Source: Candidatus Freyarchaeota archaeon
GTDB lineage: Archaea; Asgardarchaeota; Jordiarchaeia; Jordiarchaeales; Jordiarchaeaceae
Direction of reading: 5' to 3'
NCBI GenBank assembly: GCA_030587365.2
Contig: JAUQZE020000611.1
Coordinates: forward strand, 1 to 40,949
Length of the DNA: 40,949 nt
The notes below the pieces were generated by a model. That model was not told where the DNA came from, searched no databases, and saw nothing but the letters and a program-made list of their open reading frames with translations. Positions 8,167-18,058 of the stretch are shown in pieces. A program made the translations under genes and the position numbers. Within the stretch, counting starts at the first letter, position 1. Each line of letters begins with the position of its first letter.

Positions 8167-8532
8167 TTCTAAAAACCTCAGAAGAATAATATGTAAACTA
8201 ATTTTCGTTAGTGAAAAGTGGTTTATTACGGTTTCTTTTCGGTAACCTTAATTATCCTTTTTCCGATCTAGTATCCTATCCCTCCCTTTTCCCTAAAAAT
8301 TTGGATGTCTCTCTGATAGAGCCTTCTTAGCAACATACGTCTTGGTGGCTTTCTGCCCCATTTTCATTCCTTGGAGTACCAGACGATGGTGGGGGCTAAG
8401 ATGTCAAACATTTTTTTAACTTTTGAATTAACCAGAATGATATAGATATTTTTCCAAACGGGTTCATTGGATTCCTCATGTTTTAAATAGAGATGTTGCC
8501 TCTAAAATTATAATACTCGTCAGGAAAAAATA

Positions 8533-9183
8533 TTGGGGCTTAATGGATTGAGGAAAGTTAAGATTGATCCTGAAAATCCGGACATGAAGATCATTAGAGA
8601 AGCGGGAAGGCTACTGAGAGAAGGAAAACTGGTAGCGTATCCAACAGACACAGTTTATGGTTTAGGGGCAAATCCGTTTGATGTTAAAGCAGTTCAAAAT
8701 TTATTGAGAGCCAAAAGAAGAAAGTGGGAGTTGGGGCTACCCCTACTGGTATCAGACGATAGTATAGCCAGAAAAGTAGCTGAGTTCACACCGGACGCAG
8801 ACCTACTCTCAAAAAATTTTTGGCCCGGAGGATTAACTCTTATACTAAAACCCCTCATTAAAATACCTAGCATTGTTACAGGGGGCAAGGATAGTATTGC
8901 TATTAGGCTACCCGCCCATAAAGTTCCACAGTTACTAGCAAAATGTTTAAATGGAATTTTAATAGGAACCAGTGCAAATATCTCAGGTCAACCTCCGGCA
9001 TTGAACGCAAAACAGGTTCAAGAACAAATCGGAAAAGATACGGATATGATATTAGATGGTGGAGAAACTTTAAATGCTCAACCTTCCACAATTATAGATT
9101 TAACCCAAAGACCAGCAGTAATTCTTCGCGAAGGCATAATCGGTGCGCGGGTGCTTAAAAAATTTATAGATGTCAAAGATTAG
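8533..9183 (+). CDS. L-threonylcarbamoyladenylate synthase, single-domain YrdC/TsaC type
   Basis: KIDPENPD...LREGKLVAYPTDTVYGLGANPFD...IAIRLPAH...GTSANISGQPP are YrdC/Sua5 motifs. At 216 aa there is no Sua5 C-terminal domain. The start is TTG at 8533; the first ATG (8584) would remove the conserved N-terminus. Confidence 0.85.
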   Translation: MGLNGLRKVKIDPENPDMKIIREAGRLLREGKLVAYPTDTVYGLGANPFDVKAVQNLLRAKRRKWELGLPLLVSDDSIARKVAEFTPDADLLSKNFWPGGLTLILKPLIKIPSIVTGGKDSIAIRLPAHKVPQLLAKCLNGILIGTSANISGQPPALNAKQVQEQIGKDTDMILDGGETLNAQPSTIIDLTQRPAVILREGIIGARVLKKFIDVKD

Positions 9184-9222
9184 AGGCTCCTTGAATTAGC
9201 TTTGATTAAGAATAAGGAGCAT

Positions 9223-9801
9223 CTATCTCTGTAAAGTTAACAATGATGACCTCTCAATGCAATATCTTGTTAGAGCATCAATGTAGGAATTCCAGTCATC
9301 TGAACGGCGAATTGTATCTAGCTCAATTTCAGTAATTTGGAAAAAACTACGTATCTTTCTAAACTTATCTTCATTAATAGATAAAACTGCATCGTTCTCC
9401 GTACCTTTTGTTATTTGCAAAATCTTTCTGCGGGCCTCTGTAAGAAGATCTTGGGTATCACCAATTAAAATAATTCCCATACTTCTGGTACTCTGCTTTA
9501 CTCCAAAGTTCTCCACTGCTACACTGATCTGCCTCTGACCCGAAACATAGAGTAAACATTCTACTGACAAGTTATTTGAAATATTTTTACCATATCTGAA
9601 AGCTTTTATAGCATTCAAAGCACCAAAAAATAGGTGCTCCCAAGTTGCGATTAAAGAAGAATCAAAAAGTTGAATCACCACCCTTGACTCTTTACTTAGT
9701 TCATTAACGCTATTGAGAAGAGAAGGCAAGTCCACTCCCTGTGTCTCTAATCCGAAAATTCCAATAAAACGTCGGTTATTCTCAACATTTTTGATTATCA
9801 T
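9223..9801 (-). CDS. cgi121: KEOPS complex subunit Cgi121
   Basis: LLYVSGQRQISVAVENFG and AVLSINEDKFRKI parallel the archaeal Cgi121 blocks ASGQRQI..AI..G and LEINEDK. Confidence 0.75.
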   Translation of the reverse strand: MIIKNVENNRRFIGIFGLETQGVDLPSLLNSVNELSKESRVVIQLFDSSLIATWEHLFFGALNAIKAFRYGKNISNNLSVECLLYVSGQRQISVAVENFGVKQSTRSMGIILIGDTQDLLTEARRKILQITKGTENDAVLSINEDKFRKIRSFFQITEIELDTIRRSDDWNSYIDALTRYCIERSSLLTLQR

Positions 9802-9860
9802 AAAGCTTTACTTCCTTAAGCACCTTTTCAATAAACCTTTGTAGAAACTGTAATCCTTTT

Positions 9861-10490
9861 CTAGTGTTTGGCGTTCATCGAGTATTTTTCGATTACCTTA
9901 ACCCAATTAATAAAGTAGTCTATATATTTAGGTCGGATTTTAGTCCGTGCTATCTCCTTTTTTATCTCCTCCAAATTTTTTCCCTCCTTCCCTAATTTCC
10001 TCACTAGGCTACTAATTGTTTCAAAAATCTCCCAAGGATAAATTATCCAAGCCTCTGTCTCTGAAATATAGTAGTCTGGGCAGACTATCGATCTTGGTTT
10101 TCGATGCAGAGTAGAGATCCTCACCTCAGCTGCTCCCTTGCTTCTCAGACAGTCTGCAGTTACTTTAAGACTTTTGCCCGTATCTGCAACATCATCACAA
10201 ACTAGTACCTTTTTATTCCTAACATCTACAGAAACGTCCTGGGTTATGCAAGGGATATCCCGCGTCTGACTTATGTCCTCATAAAATTCTACCCGGATAT
10301 TCGCCACCTCCTTTATGCCAAGTAAATCTGATAGTACGCGTGCAACAATCCATCCTCCACGAGCAATGCCAACTATATAATCAGGTCTATATTTGTCTTT
10401 AACAATCTTTTTCGCTAATTTTATTAGTGATTCGTAAATCTCATCCCAACTGGGAGCAATATATTTGATTTTATCCAACAAAAACACCAT
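9861..10490 (-). CDS. Purine phosphoribosyltransferase (type I PRT, Hpt/Gpt-like)
   Basis: The PRPP-binding loop is KKVLVCDDVADTGKSL. The upstream block DYIVGIARGGWIVARVLSD is typical of archaeal Hpt. ATG 10490 is preferred over GTG 10508. Confidence 0.8.
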   Translation of the reverse strand: MVFLLDKIKYIAPSWDEIYESLIKLAKKIVKDKYRPDYIVGIARGGWIVARVLSDLLGIKEVANIRVEFYEDISQTRDIPCITQDVSVDVRNKKVLVCDDVADTGKSLKVTADCLRSKGAAEVRISTLHRKPRSIVCPDYYISETEAWIIYPWEIFETISSLVRKLGKEGKNLEEIKKEIARTKIRPKYIDYFINWVKVIEKYSMNAKH

Positions 10491-10705
10491 AAGCTTGATT
10501 TTGTTCACTTTTTAGATAATAACTATTTAGGATACTATCCTGATTAAATCTATTATCTATTTCGTATATTATTGTTGGAAATCATTATGTGCAAGTGATA
10601 TTTAGTTGAAAAACCTAATGGGCATTAACCGTTTTTGCACCATACAAAATCCTTTTTTACTTTATTAGCGATTATTAGTTAGACCATCAAATTGAGGGAG
10701 CACAA

Positions 10706-11437
10706 ATGATAGTTACTCTACAATTCGGCTTCCAGTTTACGTTGGACATACCTCTGCTAGTTAGACTGGCTCCGCTATTTTTAATCCTAGCAGGATCAGC
10801 CGCGGCGGGAAGGCTTCTTGAGAGAGCCTTTAGAGTTGTGCCTGTTGTAGGCAGTGGAGTACAACTGTTAATACGGATAATAGTTTATTTAGGTATAATA
10901 ATAGGCATATTCTGCATAATTTCGGGTGTACAGACGTGGCTAACAGGTAACAATATATTACAAAGCTTTTCTATCCTGTATCTTGCGGCGATTAGTGGGG
11001 TTCAAAGCGTTTACGGTTTTACGTTCTATATGCTGGGCTTAATTATTCAATATAAGTATTATTTCTGGCTTCACCCTGCTTATACCTATGGTATTCTGAT
11101 ACTAGTGGGTTTCGCACTTTTAATGAAACCAATAAAGGCAGTTCCTTGGGCGGCAGTTATTGCATTACTAGTAGGAGGCGGTGTTACAGTACTAGTATGG
11201 AAATACTTCAACATTACTGAAACAACCTGGCTAATCGTGGTATTCATAGCAGTTCTACTCCTTACATATTTACTTTTCAAGTTCATTGAAGATTTACTCA
11301 AAATACTCGCAATGATTCTCACATTTCCCATAATTGCCGTGCCATTTGGCTTAATTTGCATTGTTCAAGGAATACTATTGCTAATTGGTAGTTCTTTGGG
11401 AGCCATACTTGCACCACTATTAGGTTCGATAATCTAA
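10706..11437 (+). CDS. Polytopic membrane protein of unknown function
   Basis: A 243-aa ORF that is almost entirely hydrophobic helices. The ATG is preceded by GAGGGAG. I recognise no motif. Confidence 0.6.
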   Translation: MIVTLQFGFQFTLDIPLLVRLAPLFLILAGSAAAGRLLERAFRVVPVVGSGVQLLIRIIVYLGIIIGIFCIISGVQTWLTGNNILQSFSILYLAAISGVQSVYGFTFYMLGLIIQYKYYFWLHPAYTYGILILVGFALLMKPIKAVPWAAVIALLVGGGVTVLVWKYFNITETTWLIVVFIAVLLLTYLLFKFIEDLLKILAMILTFPIIAVPFGLICIVQGILLLIGSSLGAILAPLLGSII

Positions 11438-11645
11438 AATTTATACTAACTCAGAAGCCATTCTTACTTTAGGAATGGTCAGAGTAGTGAAAAGTAGGAA
11501 TCCACTATTATTCTACAAAAGCCCCTTCTCCATATCTGATAGCATAGAAAATGTGAACGGGTATCAGTCAAAAGGAAAAACAAAAATTTAACAATAAATC
11601 ACATATGATCATTCAGCGTTCATAAATTCATTTTAACTTTATTTT

Positions 11646-12644
11646 TTAATCCAGAGGGCCTGGTGGTGCATTTTCTAACTTTTCTTCAATTATTTTGAGT
11701 AAATATTTGATAACTTTAGTATAGCTATTTTTCCCATTAAAACCGGCGGCGGTTGAGTGCCCCCCACCGACACCTTCAACTGTGGCGCCCAGTTCCTCCA
11801 TAAGTTTACCCAAATGAATACCTGTTTTTTTGTAAATGTTCTGTGTGGATCTAGCACTTACTCTAATTTCCTCTTTTCTTTTGGCTACCACTATTGCTAT
11901 GTCTGCTCCTGTCTCGATAAGTGCTCTGCAGGCACTAGCCTCATAAGAACTTACATGTGAAATGGCAATTAACCAATTTTTAATATCATGTATTTGCGCT
12001 CTGTTAATAGCCTTCAGCCTTGCCATCCTTTCTGATCTAGGCATTGTAGTGCTAAGTCTCTCAATTACCGCGTTGTAGTCCGCGCCTGCGTCTATAAGAT
12101 CCGTGACGGCCCTAAATGTGGAAGCGTTTGCTAAAAGAAAGTGTTTACTATCGTAGGTTATTCCCATAAGCAAAGCCATAGCGGTGTCCGGACTCGGTTT
12201 TATGCCTGCTTCCTTAAAAAGGTTGTACACTATTTCGGCAGTTGAGGTAGATGTCTCATCAATTATTAGGTGCTTGGTAAATTGGGTTGCAGATATATGG
12301 GGTGTGTGATGGTCAATGAGCAGTATCGGTTTTAAAAGGTTTACCACTGAGCGGTAGCAACCTAGTTGTTCAATATTATTGGTATCGACGATTATAAAGG
12401 CGTCAAACGTATCAATCGTGATATCTTTAGCTAAAGGTACCTGTAGATCCTCTAACACCCCATTTGAGACTTTACTTATATCATCGGCGGCTATTAAGGA
12501 TTCAATTTCTGGAAAAAGGTGTGCGACCAGCTTTTTTATGGCGTAAGCACTACACAACGCGTCTGGGTCTGCGTTTTGGTGACAAATAATTAAAATCTTT
12601 TGAATATGATTAATGAAGAAGTTTTTAAAAGTATTTAGGATCAA
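11646..12644 (-). CDS. DHH/DHHA1 family phosphoesterase (NrnA/RecJ-like)
   Basis: Motifs HQNADPDALCSA, IIVDT, DHH and the DHHA1 motif GGGHSTAAG are present. The start is TTG. Confidence 0.85.
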   Translation of the reverse strand: MILNTFKNFFINHIQKILIICHQNADPDALCSAYAIKKLVAHLFPEIESLIAADDISKVSNGVLEDLQVPLAKDITIDTFDAFIIVDTNNIEQLGCYRSVVNLLKPILLIDHHTPHISATQFTKHLIIDETSTSTAEIVYNLFKEAGIKPSPDTAMALLMGITYDSKHFLLANASTFRAVTDLIDAGADYNAVIERLSTTMPRSERMARLKAINRAQIHDIKNWLIAISHVSSYEASACRALIETGADIAIVVAKRKEEIRVSARSTQNIYKKTGIHLGKLMEELGATVEGVGGGHSTAAGFNGKNSYTKVIKYLLKIIEEKLENAPPGPLD

Positions 12645-12646
12645 TG

Positions 12647-12937
12647 TTATAACCCTAATAGCCTTCCATCTATAGCCTTCATAGCTACTCTCAGTGCCTC
12701 TTCTGCTAACATTTTATTTTCCTGTTCAGATAAAGACTCAATTTCGAGATTTATTTCGATGGTTAAATTCATGTTTTCTTCTGAACCTAATTCAACAATG
12801 ATTTCCAACTGGTTAACTTCTTTCTTAGGAACTTTTGAGTAAATATATTTCTTTATTTCGTCCTCAGCAAGAATACAAAGTTCCTCGAGTTCCTCCAATG
12901 TTAAATTTTTCAAATCTCTCTTCTTTTGTTCTTTCAT
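12647..12937 (-). CDS. Small acidic protein of unknown function (possibly DUF3194-like)
   Basis: A 96-aa ORF packed tightly between pfdB and the DHH gene (1-2 nt gaps), with an ATG start. The family assignment comes only from memory of gene neighbourhoods. Confidence 0.55.
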   Translation of the reverse strand: MKEQKKRDLKNLTLEELEELCILAEDEIKKYIYSKVPKKEVNQLEIIVELGSEENMNLTIEINLEIESLSEQENKMLAEEALRVAMKAIDGRLLGL

Positions 12938-12938
12938 T

Positions 12939-13307
12939 TTAGCCCGCCGGGCTTAAACCTCGTTGCTGAAGCGATTCCTGAACTTTTGCCCGCATCTCCT
13001 CTAGCTGCTTCCTTGAACGCTCTTCTTGTCTCTGAAGAGTTTTTACCCTTAATTCAAGTGTTTCCTTTTTATCCCGAAGTTCTTCCTTAACCTTTTCGGG
13101 TTGGGTTTTTATCAGTAACGTTCCAACCATTTTGTAAACACTGCTTCCCTGCTCAATTTTTTCGAGTTCACTTAAAGCCTGTTCTGTTTCCCTCAACTGA
13201 ATTTCAGATTGAGACCTTTGAGTGATGATTATTTCCAATTTTTGTTGCAGTTGCTGCAGCATTGATATTTGATGCTGAACCTGTGGGGGAATTTCATTTC
13301 CTGACAA
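12939..13307 (-). CDS. pfdB: Prefoldin beta subunit
   Basis: Coiled-coil / beta-hairpin / coiled-coil layout: QHQISMLQQLQQKLE...VYKMVGTLLIKT...LELRVKTLQRQEE. The start is TTG, with AGGAGG 7 nt upstream. Confidence 0.88.
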   Translation of the reverse strand: MSGNEIPPQVQHQISMLQQLQQKLEIIITQRSQSEIQLRETEQALSELEKIEQGSSVYKMVGTLLIKTQPEKVKEELRDKKETLELRVKTLQRQEERSRKQLEEMRAKVQESLQQRGLSPAG

Positions 13308-13318
13308 CTACACGCCTC

Positions 13319-13564
13319 CTAAACAAGTTCGTTAATGTCATAAATTATTTTTAACCATCTGAGATACGAGTTTAAAGCCGCTCTGAGCGCAACCGTATCC
13401 TCAGCCTTAATTTCTAAGCTTATAATGTCACCATCTCTTTTTAATTTACCTATACAACGCTCGCTAGCACCGGAAATAACTTCAGGAAAAAGAGCTCTGA
13501 AAACAACTTCCAATAAATTCCTAGGCAAAGTAATTTGTATAACTCCTTTTGCATTGTATTTCAT
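13319..13564 (-). CDS. pcc1: KEOPS complex subunit Pcc1
   Basis: An 81-aa protein. The blocks FRALFPE...ISLEIKAEDTVALRAALNSYLRWLK match the Pcc1 pattern (A.D..aLRAa.NsyLRW). Confidence 0.8.
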   Translation of the reverse strand: MKYNAKGVIQITLPRNLLEVVFRALFPEVISGASERCIGKLKRDGDIISLEIKAEDTVALRAALNSYLRWLKIIYDINELV

Positions 13565-13735
13565 TAAATTTACTCCAAATACTTTTTGTGCCTTGCCCTA
13601 AAATATTGGTAATCTCAAATTGTTACAATTTTTAATCAATATCCTATTTTCGATAGAAAATTTTCTTTTTAGGTCTCCTTTTTATGTAGACTAAAGCTAG
13701 AAGGGGCATCAAATATTTATGAGGATGGGAAAAAT

Positions 13736-14026
13736 TTATTGTGGTGGCTTATTTTTCTCCGAGCTTAACGCAACTGTGTCTATGATATGTCTTTTTTCCT
13801 TGCCTAAAGGAGTTTCTGGAAGATAAGCTCCACCCGTAAAGGTATGTCCACATTTTCTGCAGGACCATACTCCAGTAGACACTCGTTTAACCGCTTTAGT
13901 TGCACACCGGGGGCATTTATGAAAGGTACTCAGTCCTTCCAAAATGGTTTTTACACGCTTTCTCACCTTTGTACCATATCTTGCTCCAAACCTACCAGTA
14001 ATACCTACCTTCTTAGTTCTCGGCAT
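13736..14026 (-). CDS. rpl37ae: Ribosomal protein eL43 (L37Ae)
   Basis: TKKVGITGRFGARYG...CPRC...WSCRKCGHTFTGGAY. The start ATG shares one base with the rrp42 stop (TAATG). Confidence 0.95.
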   Translation of the reverse strand: MPRTKKVGITGRFGARYGTKVRKRVKTILEGLSTFHKCPRCATKAVKRVSTGVWSCRKCGHTFTGGAYLPETPLGKEKRHIIDTVALSSEKNKPPQ

Positions 14027-14847
14027 TATGAGACCTCCTGCCTCTTTAAAATTGGTAAAATATATTTTTCTCTAAGTTCTTTTGTAATATCCCTAGCTAT
14101 ATCTACGGCGTTGTAAATATCTTGTTGGGTTAGGGCTCCACGCTCTCCTTTTTGGATAGCTACTAGGTTACCGTTCGCATCATAAACAATAGTAATTCTA
14201 CAATCCATAACATTTTCTTCCTCTTCTATAGGATCCACACAGAGTTGGTCGCCTATTTTTGCGAGGGTCAATGAAACTGGTATGTTGGTCACAGGTAATG
14301 GCATTTTTTCACTTAGCAATTTTACTTTTCCATTCTCAACTTCGGTTTTTGGAAGCAAAGTGGTAAGTAAAGCACAAACACCAGCTAGAGAAGAAGCGTC
14401 AAATAGATTCCCACCGTGATCAATTATGTATATGTCCACGAAAAGAATCCAAACCTTTTCATTGGGAATTATGCAGAGTTTGTCCACATCTACCATTTTA
14501 GATTCACGGATACCCCTATCAACAACCCTTGCAAGTTCGACAGCCTCTTCGCTGGGCGGTCCTGATTCAAAATAGGGAGAAGCCATTGGTATAAACTCTG
14601 CAGCAACAGTTACGACACCCGAGTTGGGAGTATCGGGGTAGGGGGTTCCAATTTCTGCACTTACCCCCACGATAACCTTTGTGTTACCAATAGTTACCCT
14701 AGCAGAGCCACTGGCCTTCTCCACCACTCCCGTTTCAATAGTTATCGGACGTACCTCTCTTAATCCACGGCCGTCCACCCTCTTTTCTCTAGCTACAATT
14801 GATCTAATATACTTTGATTCAATTTCAGAGATAAGACTATGAGGCAT
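14026..14847 (-). CDS. rrp42: Exosome complex RNase PH-like subunit Rrp42
   Basis: An RNase PH fold protein (REKRVDGRGLREVRPITIETGV...). Its position after rrp41 follows the canonical operon. Confidence 0.9.
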   Translation of the reverse strand: MPHSLISEIESKYIRSIVAREKRVDGRGLREVRPITIETGVVEKASGSARVTIGNTKVIVGVSAEIGTPYPDTPNSGVVTVAAEFIPMASPYFESGPPSEEAVELARVVDRGIRESKMVDVDKLCIIPNEKVWILFVDIYIIDHGGNLFDASSLAGVCALLTTLLPKTEVENGKVKLLSEKMPLPVTNIPVSLTLAKIGDQLCVDPIEEEENVMDCRITIVYDANGNLVAIQKGERGALTQQDIYNAVDIARDITKELREKYILPILKRQEVS

Positions 14848-14850
14848 TTT

Positions 14851-15627
14851 TCATCCCCCATTTTCCTGCTCATCTGCTTCTTCTGAAGCCTCACCTTGGA
14901 TATCAATATACTTTTGGATTAAGATTTCCCTTTGCATTTCGTAAATCTTTTGGCAACCCTTTACAGCCAGTTCGTAGGCTTCGATGAATTCCTCTCTGGT
15001 CATTATACCATCCATCTGTAATAGTGTAGTTAGTCCTTTGCGAGGCATTATGGCAACAGGTAAGTCCGCCTGGCCATTTTTATCCTCCAAATCACTTAAA
15101 TCCAACGCAATTTTACCGTCTATCTTTCCAGCGGCAACAGCAGATACCAAATCCCGTAAGGGAATTCCAGCGTCCGCTAAGGCTAGGGAAGCGGCGGTTA
15201 TACTTGAACATCTGGTACCTCCATCGGCTTGGATTACTTGTATATAAACATCTATGGACGCTCTAGGATAATATTTTAGAAAAACTGCGGGAGCAAGAGC
15301 CTCTGTTATAACTTTTGAAAGTTCTGTTTCTCTCCGAGATGGCGCTGGGCTCTTTCTTTCCTCTACAGAAAAGGTAGCCATTCTATAAATACACTGTAGT
15401 AGAGCCTCGTCGGGCTGTGCAAGGTGGCGTGGGTGTAATTCCCGCGGACCATAGACTGCTACAAGAATCTTACTTTTTCCCTGTTCAATGTACGCAGAGC
15501 CATCTGCTCTTGCCAGAACTCCGACTTCTAGTTTAATGGGTCGAAGTTCATCCAATCTTCTTCCATCAAGTCTCAAATTGTCTTCATTTAGTAACTTTAT
15601 CTGCGAAGGAAAGTGAAAATCTTCCAT
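14851..15627 (-). CDS. rrp41: Exosome complex exonuclease Rrp41
   Basis: [46 protein letters not shown]...QADGGTR is the RNase PH catalytic-subunit pattern. ATG 15627 is preferred over TTG 15642. Confidence 0.92.
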   Translation of the reverse strand: MEDFHFPSQIKLLNEDNLRLDGRRLDELRPIKLEVGVLARADGSAYIEQGKSKILVAVYGPRELHPRHLAQPDEALLQCIYRMATFSVEERKSPAPSRRETELSKVITEALAPAVFLKYYPRASIDVYIQVIQADGGTRCSSITAASLALADAGIPLRDLVSAVAAGKIDGKIALDLSDLEDKNGQADLPVAIMPRKGLTTLLQMDGIMTREEFIEAYELAVKGCQKIYEMQREILIQKYIDIQGEASEEADEQENGG

Positions 15628-15645
15628 TACGATCACCAACAAGAT

Positions 15646-16323
15646 TTACTTATGAATTAACTCCCTTACTCTATCAGTTAAGCCAGAGGTGTGGGCCTCC
15701 CGTTCAATCTGTCTTATAGCTTTAATAACCCTCTCCTCGTCTTCGAAACTCTTTCCAGAAACCCAAACAACACCATTCTGACCAATAACAATCTGACATC
15801 CTGTTTCCTTTTTAATCATATTTATCATTGAACCCTTCCGCCCGATTAAACGCGGAATCTTCGTGGGTAAAATATTTACTAAATATCCGCCTTGAAGTTT
15901 GCCAAGTCCCCGTTCTTTTGTGGTAAGCAGAGGCGCCCGCGTCCGATCAAATGCCATTATCTTCGCAACCAGTGTATCTCCTACATCAAAATACCGGCGA
16001 AGGTCTTCTTTTAATGGATCCATACGCCTTTCAAAAATGTTTACTGGATGCATTGTGGCTTGGTAGGGTGAATTTATGTCAATTCTCCATGAAGTCATCT
16101 TTACATCTATTACCTTTCCGATAACCACATCACCAACTTTTGGAATGTACGCGCCTTCAAAAGCAACAACTTGCACAACTTTGCCCTTCGCCTCTACCAA
16201 GCCTACTACAGAAGAGTAGATACAATTCCCTTCCCTAAACGTACCTTCGCCAGGCTTATAACCTCCCTCTGCGAGTAACTCGCCAGGTACCACAATTTGT
16301 CTATTTTTAAAATATAATGTCAA
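15646..16323 (-). CDS. rrp4: Exosome cap subunit Rrp4 (S1 + KH domains)
   Basis: IVVPGELL, an S1 region (GDVVIGKVIDVKMTSWRIDI) and a KH region (IPRLIGRKGSMINMIKKETGCQIVIGQNG). The start is TTG, with GGGGG upstream. Confidence 0.92.
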   Translation of the reverse strand: MTLYFKNRQIVVPGELLAEGGYKPGEGTFREGNCIYSSVVGLVEAKGKVVQVVAFEGAYIPKVGDVVIGKVIDVKMTSWRIDINSPYQATMHPVNIFERRMDPLKEDLRRYFDVGDTLVAKIMAFDRTRAPLLTTKERGLGKLQGGYLVNILPTKIPRLIGRKGSMINMIKKETGCQIVIGQNGVVWVSGKSFEDEERVIKAIRQIEREAHTSGLTDRVRELIHK

Positions 16324-16336
16324 AAAGAAACCCCCT

Positions 16337-17059
16337 TTATTCTTTGATAAATGTCACTTGTGCTTTACCCTTAGTTTGATTATTTACTGTTTCTACAAAT
16401 TTGCCTCTAAGCCCTGCAGGAATCTCCAATTGGGCAATCCATGAGCCGTCACTTTGCCATTCTTGTTTGGTGACTGTTCCGAAACGTTCCACGATGCTAT
16501 ATCCCTTACCTGAAAAATCAGGTGGAAACTTGACAGCCAGTTTTAAGAGTTCCATTCTTATAGGTATTATTGACTGAAGCATTTTTAATATGTCTTTTGC
16601 CTGCTCTTCGGGGCTTCTCCACAAGTCGATTTGAACCTTTGCTTCCTCCATGGCGCGTTCTATTCTTGCTGGAGGATGGGGGAGTCCAGTCTGGGGGTTA
16701 ATACAGTTACGGGCAAGAATATTAATTATCTGCAATTTTTTGTTGTTTATCATCTCTCTGCGCTGTTCAGTAGTGAGTTGTATAAACCCTTTCTTCAGTA
16801 TGATAGGCGCGATTTTATTTATATCTAATGTTTCAAACACTTTAAGCAGTTTATCTTCGGATGCTTTAAGGCCTTTATGAGCGTCTTCAAATATGTCAAA
16901 GCTTTTCAATATCTCTGATAAGTCAATATTCTTACCACGGCGAAAATCCCAAGCCTTGTTAGGGTCAACAAGGATCTCAAACCTTTCTCCATGGGATTCA
17001 TAGCGGGCTATTACAGTATCACCTAAATCGACCCATTTCGCACCCCGAATGTCAGACAT
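16337..17059 (-). CDS. SBDS/Sdo1 ribosome maturation protein
   Basis: VIARYESHGERFEILVDPNKAWDFRRGK...DIFEDAHKG is a typical SBDS N-terminus. Its operon position lies between psmA and rrp4. Confidence 0.9.
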   Translation of the reverse strand: MSDIRGAKWVDLGDTVIARYESHGERFEILVDPNKAWDFRRGKNIDLSEILKSFDIFEDAHKGLKASEDKLLKVFETLDINKIAPIILKKGFIQLTTEQRREMINNKKLQIINILARNCINPQTGLPHPPARIERAMEEAKVQIDLWRSPEEQAKDILKMLQSIIPIRMELLKLAVKFPPDFSGKGYSIVERFGTVTKQEWQSDGSWIAQLEIPAGLRGKFVETVNNQTKGKAQVTFIKE

Positions 17060-17070
17060 AACTATCAGTC

Positions 17071-17802
17071 CTAACTTCCACCAGACTTTCTAACCTCATT
17101 GATATAACTTTGAACTTCGCTAGAAGATAGCCTCCTAAAAATTCTCGATTTAACATCCACCACCGCAACTTCAACTTTTGAGGGATCAAGTTCAGACTCT
17201 AACACCTGATTTAAAGCCTTGAGAGAAAGTTTAATAGAATCCTCAAGTCCCATATCTTTTTTGTACTCTTTTTCCAGAACTTCTTTAGCGGCCTGAGAAC
17301 CACTACCTATTGCGGCTGCCCAATAAGACCAGTAAGTCCCAGAAGGGTCGGTCATAAATAATTTGGGGCCCAGTTCGTCTACACCTGCTATCAGAAAGGA
17401 AACTCCGAACGGTCTAACGCCAGCATGCTGAGTATACATCTGTTTAGTGTCACCAATGTATCTGGTTAAACTTTCAACAGTAATAGGCTCATCATATGTA
17501 AGGCGGTTAACTTGCGCCTGAATCCTAGCTTGATTTACAAGAACTCGCGCATCAGCTGTTAATCCCGCGATGGCGGTTCCAATATGTTCGTCAATAACAA
17601 AAATTTTTTCTACACTCTCGGGGTCTTGAAGGGCCAGAACCCGCTTCTCTACTGCAAGCACCACGCCCTCTTTACATCTTACACCAATAGCGGTAGTGCC
17701 TCGACGTACGGCTTCAATTGCGTACTCCACCTGAAAAAGCCTCCCATCTGGGGAGAAAATGGTTATAGCGCGGTCATAGCCCAATCCAGGAGCAGCAAAC
17801 AT
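17071..17802 (-). CDS. psmA: Proteasome alpha subunit
   Basis: GYDRAITIFSPDGRLFQVEYAIEAVRRGTTAIG is the alpha-subunit signature. AGGAGG lies upstream of the ATG. Confidence 0.95.
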   Translation of the reverse strand: MFAAPGLGYDRAITIFSPDGRLFQVEYAIEAVRRGTTAIGVRCKEGVVLAVEKRVLALQDPESVEKIFVIDEHIGTAIAGLTADARVLVNQARIQAQVNRLTYDEPITVESLTRYIGDTKQMYTQHAGVRPFGVSFLIAGVDELGPKLFMTDPSGTYWSYWAAAIGSGSQAAKEVLEKEYKKDMGLEDSIKLSLKALNQVLESELDPSKVEVAVVDVKSRIFRRLSSSEVQSYINEVRKSGGS

Positions 17803-18058
17803 TACACTTCTACCTCCTTATTTTATAACACCTATGAATAAACTGAATATTAGAAATACCAATCTCACACATAGCAATAATAATGTATTTACTACGCAGT
17901 TTATATCTTTTATTAAGCATAACTTATATGTATATTCACGATATCCTAATATTTTTTAAATATATCCTTAACCAACAGTGCTTTTTCACAGTCATTAAAA
18001 GAAAATACAAGTCAAAATTCTTTATTTATACAGGACGCTTTTCTAAAATGTTTCACCC

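Noticed and set aside
8293-8367. 24-codon minus-strand ORF (MKMGQKATKTYVAKKALSERHPNF) in the 366-bp spacer upstream of the TsaC-type gene
   Set aside because: It is basic, like a small ribosomal protein, but I cannot match it to any known family (L39e, L40e, L41e, RpoP, Nop10). It has no clear SD motif and is too short to support.
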